Below are positions 54,167 to 64,000 of a stretch of DNA of 64,000 bases, piece after piece (the first letter of the stretch is position 1; each line of letters opens with the position of its first letter). The notes under the pieces were generated by a model. That model worked only from the letters and a program-made list of their open reading frames with translations. It was not told the DNA's origin and searched no databases. This stretch comes from the human T2T-CHM13v2.0 reference genome, Homo sapiens: the NCBI RefSeq assembly GCF_009914755.1, contig NC_060947.1. The stretch is one strand, 5' to 3'. The translations under genes and the position numbers were made by a program.

Positions 54167-55430
54167 TGTTTCTAGTTCTTGAAGGTGTAAATTTTGGTTG
54201 TGAATTTTAGATCTTTAATCCAATCATTTACAAAAAATTGTTTCTTAGCACTGGTTTTCTTTATCTCATAATTTTTTTGCATTTTTTGCATGTTGTGTTT
54301 TAATTTTCATTTTCTCAAGATATTTTCTAATGTGATTTTTCTTTCTAATATTTTATAATGTGATTTTTTGACCCAGTAGTTGCTTAAAAGTGTTGTTTAA
54401 TTTCCACATATTTCAGAATTATCAAGTTTTTTCTACTTTAATATATAGTTTCATTCCATTGTGATTGCAAAAGATATTTTGTATGATTTCATTCGTATTA
54501 ATTACTATTAGTTTTATGGCCATATATATTATCTATCCTGCAGATATTTCCATGTGTACTTTGGAAAAATGTGTACTCTTTTGATCTCGCGTGATATGTC
54601 ATGTATATGTTTGTTAGATCCAATTGGTCTATAGTGTTGTTGAAGAGCCATATGTTCTTTTTTCTTTTTTTTTTTTTTTTTGAGACAGAGTCTCGCCTTG
54701 TTGCCCAGGCTGGAATGCAGTGGTGTGATCTTGGCTCACTGAAATCTCCACCTCCCAGGTTCAAGCGATTCTCCTGCCCCAGCCTCCCAAGTAGCTGGGA
54801 TTACAGGCATGTGACACTATGCCCAGCTAATTTTTGTATTTTTAGTAGAGACGGGGTTTCACTATGTTGGTCAGGCTGGTCTCGAACTCTTGACCTCGTG
54901 ATCCGCCCGCCTCAGCCTCCCAAAGTGCTGGGATTACAGGCGTGAGCCACTGCGCCCAGCCAAAGATCTATATTTTCTTACTGATCATCTTTCTGGTTCT
55001 AGCCATTATTGACAATGGAATATTGAAGTCTACTATTTTTGTAGTACTGTCTCCTTTCAATTCTGTTAATGTTGGCTTCATATATTTAGAAGCTCTGATA
55101 TGTAGTGCATGTATGCTAATAATTATATATTTTTGGTGAATAGACATTTATCAATACATATTGTCCTTTTTTGTCTCTTGTAACGTTTTTTGGTGTAAAA
55201 TCTATTGCTTACTATTAGCATAGCTATGATTGCTTTCTTTTGGCCACTATTTGCATGGACTATCTGTTTTCACCTTTTATCCTTCAACCTATTTGTGTTC
55301 TTACTTCTAACATGAGTCTATTGTAGGCAGTACATACTTAGTTCCTGGTTATTCATTCACTATGCCAGTGTAATGTCTTATAATGTCTTATAATTAAGGT
55401 GTTTAATCCATTTAAATTTTAAGCAATTGC
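54167..55430 (-). mobile_element. Old L1M ORF2 endonuclease-region fragment (probable continuation of the L1MB at 45842-48364)
   Basis: ORF 54498-54764 contains [44 protein letters not shown], an L1 endonuclease motif. Confidence 0.8.
54658..54961 (-). mobile_element. AluS (Sg-like)
   Basis: Dimeric Alu with T-tail, caagcgattctcc and gacctcgtgatcc. Confidence 0.92.
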
Positions 55431-55774
55431 TCATAGTCAGGACTTACTATTACCACCATATTATATTTTTTAAAAACTCTCTTTCTTCTCATATGCACCA
55501 CGAATTGCGTCTGACCTTTTAGAGTATAGGTGACTTTTCTAATGAGATTCAGAAAATAATTTCCACTTGTCCATTTGGCATTTCTACCTGTATGTTCATT
55601 ACTCTTGAAGTGATTTAAGTAGGAAAAGAGGATGCTACCTTTTAAATTTGTTTCCATTATTTAACTAGAAGAGTTTGTTCATTAAAACATTATACTCCTC
55701 AGACATGTCACTTAACTCAGGTATTATGGTACTCTCTTTTGCAAATGTGAGTCCTCAAAAATTCATTAGTGTAC

Positions 55775-55990
55775 TTTTAATTCAACAGATATGTATTGAC
55801 TTTTACCCATTACATTCTTGGTATTGTTCAAGGTACTGAGTATATCACAGTGAACAAGACAGAGGAAAGCTTCTGCTCTCATGGAGATAGACAATAAGCA
55901 TAATAAATCAGTAAGTGATATAGTGTATTAGAAGATGTTTATGTGCTGTGCATAAACTAGAGAAGTGTAGGTGGGAATAGCAGTGCCACT
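55775..55990 (-). mobile_element. L2a 3' fragment
   Basis: ttcaacagatatgtattga...cagtgaacaagacagagg...ctgctctcatggag. Confidence 0.6.
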
Positions 55991-56011
55991 TGGGGGTGGG
56001 TGATTTGATGG

Positions 56012-56071
56012 CTTTTGGGTAATAAGGGTTTAGGTACTTTTGGGTAATAAGGGTTTAGGTACTTTTGGGTA
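56012..56071. repeat. Perfect 25-bp tandem repeat x2.4 (cttttgggtaataagggtttaggta)
   Basis: Read directly from the sequence. Confidence 0.95.
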
Positions 56072-56574
56072 TATAAGGAAGACAGATTTGGATCATAGTG
56101 CCAACAGAGGAGCTATGAATGAAATTAGCATAATTATATTATGATATACAGATGATATTTGAATTTTCTTTATAATGTAAGAAATATATTATATGTCTAT
56201 TTTATTTATTTATTGAGTATGATTCCTAGCAACAGATAACTAGCTAAATAAACTGCCTTTCTCTTAAGCTCAATGCTAATTGAAAAAGAAATTAAAGCCA
56301 GAATCCATGTAGGACAGTGAGGAATTCATGACTATCAATATCAGGATCTCCTTTCAGAGAGCATCACAAAAGTGTGCTGATAGACATGATGAAGGAAAAT
56401 AAGGAAAATAAAAGATTCTTAGGGGAGGGAATATGCTATTTTTTGTGATAAGCAACTCCTGTTACTTCTCTTTGATAGGTACAGGATTATAATCTAACCC
56501 TCAATTTTACCCTGTTTTGAAGAATATGTTTTAAAGTGAGCTTAAATAATACAATATAAAAATTGACTTCTTCA

Positions 56575-56860
56575 AGTGGCGAGAGCACTCAGAGACGCGA
56601 CGTGGAGCTGGCGGGTACCGAGCGGGTGCCTCAGTCTCCTTCCCCTCCCCTCGCCTAGCCTTGCCGTCTTCTCCCCGCAGATGGACCGGAACTATGTGAT
56701 CCCGGAAGTTCTAGGGCCTTTGCTGTGTGTGGGATAAACGGTCATGGCGGAGGCTCCAGCTCCCGTGACAACAGCCACAACATCAGGAGCAGGAGACGCA
56801 GCGGCAGCAGCCACAGCGGCCTCCCGCACCCCGATCCCCACAGTCACTGCCCCATCCCCA
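56575..56860 (+). pseudogene. Makorin MKRN1-derived pseudogene fragment: 5' UTR plus first 39 codons only
   Basis: The ATG at 56744 translates MAEAPAPVTTATTSGAGDAAAAATAASRTPIPTVTAPSP, matching the MKRN1 N-terminus as I recall it (MAEAATPGTTATTSGAGAAAATAAAASPTPIPTVTAPSL). The upstream ccggaactatgtgatcccggaagtt...gggataaac resembles the MKRN1 5' UTR. I did not assign a specific MKRNxP symbol. Confidence 0.9.
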
Positions 56861-57248
56861 GTGTCTTATTTGTACAATGTATTTTAAATGAGGTAGCAAT
56901 GCATTATAAGTATTTAATAATTAGCTTATCAATTGTTACATTATATTTGTCTAAAGTTTGAAAACCACTAATTTTAAGCATGTATCATTGATAGATCATC
57001 AAAAACTATATTATTAATAGAACATTTATTTTCAGCTAAATTGAAGAGACGTAGCAGGGTAATAAGGCCCAGCACTTAGATTTGATTATACAATTAAAAA
57101 TATTTTACACCATAAATGACTATTCATTAACTAGATTGAATCATCTGACTCAAGTTGGTATGTCAATCAAATGAATTTTCAAATGTTTTAAAATAATCAT
57201 ATATTCATACATTGATACTAGGAGATAAAAATATGTTTTAGAGACTGC

Positions 57249-57782
57249 TAAAAGGAAGGCAAACTTTTGCCCTTACTCTTAGGGTTTTTCTGCTGGATAT
57301 GGGAATTAAACTGACACGAGACAGGTCAATAGAAGAAATGTATACATATTTATTCAATACAAGTTTTACATGGCATGTGAGTCTTCATAAATAAGGAAAT
57401 GAAGACCCAAAGTCGCAGTTGGAGTTGAAAACTTACATGCTGTATTGGACAAAATGTAGTAAATTGTGAAAATGTAACAAGGCAAAGGGGTTTGGGCTAC
57501 AGGAGTTAATTGGGTAGAGTTGTGACTAAGAAGATAAGGTTGGTTTAACAAAGTTTGTACAAATTTCCCTCAGTCTCAATTTTCTGTCCTCGAAGACAAG
57601 TTTTCTTGCCTTCCAGTACAAAGAGGATATCTTTCGCATGGGAATTTCGTCTCCTGCTGTTAAGAAACAGAATGAAGGTCAGAGTGAACTTCTTGCACCT
57701 GCTGTTTTTCAAATGCCTTTAGCTCAAAATAATTCTTATGCCAAAGAGCATATTCTGGAATGATGTGTTTTAAAATCCTTCA
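57249..57782 (-). mobile_element. ERV1 MER34-family solo LTR
   Basis: End aaatgcctttagctcaaaataattcttatgccaaag...catattctgg...atccttca, with a 4-bp TSD ctgc at 57245-57248 and 57783-57786. Confidence 0.75.
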
Positions 57783-59343
57783 CTGCATTAGATTTCAGAG
57801 TAAGAAAGGAGCGGAATATAACTCTTAAAAGGATGCTTCTGAATCTTAAAATCTCTGAGAGAAATTAGGAAGTAGGCTTTTCTTGAATGACGCTGAGGTA
57901 TTAACCACTTCGATTTTTTTAAACAGCTCATTAATAATCAAGTAATTATATCAGAAAGATAATTAGATGTGATCCTTAGAAATGTGCCTACATATTTTAG
58001 TGTAAAACTAAAGAGTAATGCTTTACTGAATTAACTGATTTTTTAAACAGAAGACAGTGTTCAAACAAGTGAACTGTATTCATTTACTTTCATTCATCTA
58101 AATGAAATTGTATCCTATTTTTCTAAGACTTCACAGCACTCATCCTTTTCTAATAACCAATTTTGCACCGCAACTCCTGTGGCAATTAAAAAAACAATAA
58201 TTTACTTGCTTGTAGATGTTGCACTACAAAATGAGACATTTTAAAGACCAAGGATGCATGTTCCTATGAGATTGTTTTGAAGTTTTTATATATAATTATA
58301 TTTAATGAAGTGACTGGTTATAATTTCCATGGTTTCATATAGTCTTTATGTTGTTTTTATTGCATTTTCAAAACCTCACTTTTATATTTGTCATTTTTTT
58401 TCTTCAGAAATGAATCATGGAACTTTATATTTTCCTGGCCATTTCTCTTTTTATAATATGAATTTTAAAAATCAATAATGCAACCCTTTAAAAAACATTT
58501 ACCAAATTTTAAATTTCTGAAGATTATTTTCAATTGAATTATGTGTAACTCACATTTTATCTTTTCCACCACAGAATACTGCTTCAAGTTGCCTCAGTAC
58601 AAGTTTGTTATCTTAACATTTCTCTTTTATCCAAAGACGATTTATCCATTGTCTCCCAGAGAGTGCTCTTTGTCTCCAGATATTTGCACTTAGCATAGTA
58701 ATAGTCAGGAAGACCTTTATCAATACTTTAGAATATCAATGAAAAGTCTTTTTTTTCCTCCTAACAAATGAATATTAGATGTGGAAGCTTCACAATATGC
58801 CACATTTCTGGTATGATAATTGATTATATTTGTTTGAAGAATGATTCTTCTGCAACGTGAGCTTTTTGTTGGTTCAGTTGAAAATAATAGAAAGATCCTC
58901 TGGATCTGAGATGTGTTCAAGTGTAATAAGCAACATTTAACAAATGTTACACTGTTGCCATTTAACAAATGTCTTCGGAATTCAATTGAGCCAGGTTTTA
59001 AAGTGATAATCCATATCACCATGTGTGAAATGTAATTCAGATCTTGTTTATCCATATTTAAATTGTGTATAAAATTTATGAAAATGTCCAAAGGCTTATC
59101 AAATTGAATTATTAATTACTATCTTGAAATTATTGCTGTCAAATCAATGATTTTTGTTGATATTATATGAATATATGGATAAGCAAACTTAGATGTGATT
59201 TCTTCATAATACATTGGCAAGGCAAAATTTTTAAAATGTGCAGTTAATGAAAATTTATCCTAAATATTTGGGATTATTAAATATAAAATTAAACATGCAG
59301 ATTGTTAAGGGTTTACCTCACTTACTTTTTAATCATTCCATTC

Positions 59344-59351
<8 letters not shown>

Positions 59352-59390
<39 letters not shown>

Positions 59391-59681
59391 TTTTTTTGAG
59401 ATGGAGTCTTGCTCAGTTGCCCAGGCTGGATTGCAGTGGCACAATCTCAGCTCACTGCAAGCTCTGCCTCCTGGGTTCATGCCATTCTCCTGCCTCAGCC
59501 TCCTGAGTAGCTAGGACTACAGGTACCCACCACCAAGCCTGGCTAATTTTTTTTTGTAGTTTTAGTAGAGACAGGGTTTCACCGTGTTAGCCAGGATGGT
59601 CTTGATCTCCTGACCTCATGATCCACCCTCCTCGGCCTCCCAAAGTGCTGGGATTACAGGTGTGAGCCACCGAACCTGGCC
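59352..59681 (-). mobile_element. AluY with (TA)n expanded at the tail/TSD boundary
   Basis: gcaagctct, gccattctcc and accgtgttagccaggatgg. TSD cattcatttatat at 59339-59351 and 59682-59694. Confidence 0.92.
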
Positions 59682-59817
59682 CATTCATTTATATTTTTAA
59701 GAATTAGTTTATGTTTATATGTATTTTCAATTATTACCTGAAAAATATTTGCTAGTAGTATCTAGTTAAAGATTATTGCATATTTAAAGTGTTTACCTGT
59801 TTACATGACTTTTAATA

Positions 59818-60125
59818 TTTTTTTTGTTGTTTCTTTGTTTGTTTTTGAGATGGAGTCTCACTCTGTCGCCCAGGCTGGAGTGCAGTGGCTCAATCTCGGC
59901 TCACTGCAATCTCCGCCTCCTGGGTTCAAGCAGTTCCCTGCCACAGCCTACCAAGTAGCTGGGATTACAGGCACCCGCCACCACGCCCGGCTAATTTTTG
60001 TATTTTTAGTAGAGACAGGGTTTCACCATCTTGGCCAGGCTGGTCTTGAACTCCTGACCTTGTGATCCACCCTCCTCGGCCTCCCAAAGTGCTGGGATTA
60101 TAGGCGTGAGCCACCGTGCCTGGCC
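59818..60125 (-). mobile_element. AluS
   Basis: Dimeric Alu with a degenerate T/G tail, ending ccaccgtgcctggcc. Confidence 0.92.
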
Positions 60126-62742
60126 TTGTTTTGTTTGTTAAAGGCAATTTTTTAAATAACCTGAGAAGGAAATTAAGAAATATTGATGTGCTTAGACTTT
60201 TGAAAAGCACTGTGCATATGTGAATGCATGTGCATGTGTGTGTGTATTCTTCCTACCATCAAGATATCTTCTTTATGCCCTTCTTTCCCCTATTAGGTCT
60301 GAGCTCATATTTGTAAATGTATATATCACAACATATTTTGCTGTTATTTGGATCAGAGAAAAATCTGTTTCATAAAATGTACCACAAACTGACATGTCAA
60401 ACTTGTTTTAAAAAATCAATTGCGGGGTGAGCAACTGTCTTTAATTTGAATTTATCCCGTCTTTTATGACCAGTTTCCAACTTAGAGTTTACCCTCTTAA
60501 CATCGAGTTACTTGTGTTATTTTCTCAAAGTGATGTAATTATTTTGCTTTTGCTTCATTACTGCAACAAAATTTAAATAGATTCATAAATAAGCAATTTT
60601 AGAGGAGCATGAAAACTAACAAAATGTAACAAACACACTGAAGAGATTTGATGATTTTCATTTTCACGAAGCTACTGAACAAAAAAAATATCCAGCAGCA
60701 CTAATATACAGCAAATTCATCTTTCAACAATAGGGCTAACTTAATTCTTTGTGCCATATGTCTATTAGGATTTTAAGCTGCTTGGTTGTCTGTGATCACT
60801 AAGTGAAGGTGAAGTCTAGATTAATAAAACACATTTCAAAGGCTGATGTCAAAACAGAAGCAAATGTTCGGAGTGCGCTACTCTTTCTTTAGGTAAAATA
60901 AATAGCACCTGATTCTTCCTCTTTTCAGTATCACTTTTTGCAAAAATAAATAAATAAATAAATCCTGTACTTATTTGTGACAATAACTTAATGTTCCATT
61001 ATGTTTAATTTAACATTCTTTAAATTTAAACATTATTAGCTAATGGCAGTTTTCAAAGTACCACCAGTTCTAACTCCTGACCCTTATGTCAGTTACTAAT
61101 GAGTCACTTGTGATTTACATTAACATTTGGAAACATGATCAAAATATTTTTTAAAAACAGATAATTTTCCAGTAAGGAAATATTCTATATAATTGCCAGG
61201 TACAGTTTTATAGATTCTATGTGTTAATTACTTACTGAAGAATTGTCAAGGTGTAAGTGGAAAGGACAGAAAGGTATCATTTTGAAATTTAATAGGAACT
61301 TCAGAGAGCTAGAGACAACACTAGTCTTTTAAAATTGTAAAATATGACCTACTGTATCTTGTAGGATGTAATCTTTTCAATTTGTATATCTTAAATAAAC
61401 CATTGAATGCACCTCAGAAATCAGAACTTTTGGAAGGCTCATTGCATTTAACATTAGTTGAACTCAGTATTGGACCTAGAGTCATTATACTTATTTGGGA
61501 ATATTTTATTATGAATGAAGGTGCCCCAACACTACAGTTTATAGAGCTCTTAAGCACAAATCTCTTTTAGCAATATTTTTCCTTCAATGCCATGAGATTC
61601 ATAGCTCTAATTTTAACAGTCCTATGATCCAACTTGTCTTCATTGTAAATAAAAGCAAAATTTTGTATTATGAAGGCTGTACCAAGCAATAATCAATTCT
61701 TATTAAATAGAAAATATGTGATTCCTTTATTCACACAAGCATATAATCTGAAAAAAATATTTTTACTGATTTTATTTTAATCCTTATAGTACCATGCAAT
61801 TGTCTTAGTTTTTCTTCAGAACAGCATCACTCTAGTATGATCAAATTATCCACAGATAATTTCGTATCTGTGAAGCTCCCCCATCCCACGTTTTTTCATT
61901 ATATTATACCATGGCCATCTCTGTGTTAATAATGTCATCACTAGATCATATGTATCATTTATCAAAAGTGAGCAGGAACACATCCTGAATGCAAAATCAT
62001 TCTAGTAATAGCAACTAATTAAAGTGAATTAAAAGTGAACTGATTAAACTGTATAGTTAATGGATGTAGTGGCTTGAAAATATAAAATTATATATATATA
62101 TATCCAAAGACAATTCATCAATTTTGCCAAGTAAAAGTGAATATATTCTTGTTTCAGAATTGGTCTCTTATTTTTAAGATAATCCTATGACTTTTGAATG
62201 TTATAGAATTTAATTATTCAGCAGAAAACAAATTGTAATCATGATTTCTCTGATCAATACAATGTATTTTTGATCTACAAAGAGGGTATATGAGCAATAA
62301 AAATCCCAGAAATGTTGCCCATAATGATTTCAAATGCCTTAGAATGATTATTATTATAAATTTAGAAAGATATTTTTGTGTAGATTTATTTTTGATTTTT
62401 ACGAAAAATAATGATTTTTGAGAGTTTTTATTTCATAGTTTCACGGTAAGTTGTCTTGTTTAATGGTCCTCTAATGAGTGTCAGGGTAAGAGATGTGATT
62501 AAATATAATATTGTGGCAAAAGGAGATGTCTATAGAATAAAAATTGTGAAATAATCATATTCTAAAATTGTTCTAATTAGGGTAGTCTGACATCATTAGA
62601 ATTTCATTACTCTAATATGATCATATTAAAATGCCAAAAAAAGAGTCTATTATAAACATATTTAGAAAACTTAATCAGCATTCCCAGTTTTCTCTCATAC
62701 ACACATATAAATATATATGTTTCTGAAATTATCAAAGAACCA

Positions 62743-63109
62743 TGTCTTAATCTGCTCAGGCTGCTAGAACAAAATGCTATTAACTAGGTGGCTTATAAAC
62801 AACATAAATTTATTTCTCAGAGTTCTGGAGGCTAAGAAGTCCTAGATCAAGTTGTTGGCAAATTCAGTGTCTGGTGAAGGCTCACTTCCTGGTTCATAGA
62901 CAAGGAGGCATCTTTTCACCGTGTACTCACATGGCAGAAAGGGTAAGAGATCTTTGAAGTCACTTATATAAGGGCACTAATCTGATTTATAAGGGATCTA
63001 CCCTCATGACCTAAGCACCTCCCAAAGGCCAACTTCCAGATGCCATCACATTAGTGATTATGTTTTAACATATGAATTTTAGGGTGACACAAACATTCAC
63101 TCTATGGTA
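62743..63109 (-). mobile_element. MLT1A-like MaLR solo LTR
   Basis: tgtcttaatctgctcaggctgcta...gttctggaggctaagaagtcc...cacctcccaaaggcc...gacacaaacattca. Flanks aacca/gacca. Confidence 0.85.
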
Positions 63110-63194
63110 GACCATGTGGCTTAAATAATCTGAATCTTACTTCGGACCTACTAAAACAGAACAGAATATTTGAATTTTGAAACCCAGGAATTTG

Positions 63195-64000
63195 TGATGG
63201 CAGTGGCGGCTGTCTGGAGTGGCCACTGCCATGACACCAGCTGCAGTGGGGGAGGCGTGACCAGGGTTGCATGCTCCATGGAGCCTGTGGGAACCAGGAA
63301 CAGGTGGGAGCCCCACCTCCTTCTGAATTGGAGGGGTGAGGGCCTCGCCCTCCCAGGTGCAGTTGCAGGGGCCCAGCTGGGACTGCTGCCCCAGGTATCC
63401 TGTGCTCTTGGGGACCCAGGAAGCCCTCCTGCCCCAGCAGGCTTGAAAGAGCCTGCACCTGCTGCTTGGCCTCTCAGCTCTCCAGCTGCCCATTCCAATT
63501 TTGGAGCAAAGTTGAGGCCAAGCCTGGGCACTGTGGCAACCTGGTGGGATGTGTGTGAGCTTTTGGCGGTGCTGACATGCCTATGGCTGCCTCAGCCCCC
63601 TCCAGACTTTGACCACCCACAAACAAGGGAGGGAAGCAGAGGGGGTGCTGAGGGCAGCTGGGCATGGGCCTGAAGGTGCCCTTTGGCATGAACAGCCTGG
63701 GTGCCATAGATGACATGATTGATAGTGGGTGCCATGGGTGACATGATTGATAGCGTCAGGAGGCATAGAGGCTTCTGCTCAGAAAAGGGCATGTCCCTGG
63801 TGAAGTCCCACCTTCCGGTCAGAGAAGGCCTGAAGCCTGGGGGCCCGTTGGCCAGTTCCTCAGACCAGAGTGAGAATGCGTGCTTTTTCTGGCCTGCCTA
63901 TGGCTGTCCATGGACCAATCAGCATGGACTTTCTCCCGTCTCAAGCCCATAAAAACTCCAGGACTCAGTGAGAATTGGACAAACGACAGATGACCTAACT
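63195..64000 (+). mobile_element. MER52 (ERV1) LTR, GC-rich, runs off the window end
   Basis: Starts tgatggcagtggcggctgtctggagtggccactgc. Later catggaccaatcagcatg and aagcccataaaaactccaggactcag. It explains the ORF cluster at 63100-63950. Confidence 0.85.

Noticed and set aside
56725-56961. 78-aa Ser/His-rich ORF in the track
   Set aside because: It has a non-ATG start and is out of frame with the MKRN1-homologous frame beginning at 56744.
58720-59091. 123-aa minus-strand ORF in unique DNA
   Set aside because: Non-ATG start, AT-rich random-like composition and no recognisable domain.
63102-63952. Dense ORF cluster or CpG-island gene start
   Set aside because: Explained by the GC-rich MER52 LTR with decayed CpGs.

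Overview
This is human genomic DNA: an AluYa5 at 39337, carrying all five diagnostic positions, is a human-specific subfamily. The window is AT-rich, CpG-poor and dense in repeats, consistent with a gene desert or a very large intron. I found no intact protein-coding gene, RNA gene or CRISPR-like array. Most recognisable ORFs in the track are translations of Alu, L1, LTR or microsatellite sequence. The repeats include several L1s, a complete two-LTR MSTA (MaLR) provirus nested in an L1PB, solo LTRs (MER4-group, MLT1, MER34, MER52), Tigger and MER5A DNA-transposon relics, and Alus. The most notable non-repeat items are: (1) a CpG-rich, 5'-only copy of the makorin MKRN1 mRNA (about 56575-56860), whose reading frame the ORF track missed; (2) an approximately 95-bp micro-retrocopy of an unidentified mRNA 3' end with AATAAA, poly(A) and target-site duplication (TSD) at 11400-11494; (3) a 2.25-kb tandem duplication (34238-38734) with patchy identity suggestive of gene conversion; (4) an inferred deletion of roughly 3 kb fusing Tigger3 to an L1PA at about 49835; (5) a (GAA)24 tract and a CAG tract born inside a MER5A. 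Subfamily names come from my recollection of consensus sequences, not from a database search. I cannot support the presence of a new biological system. The findings are candidate loci for follow-up.
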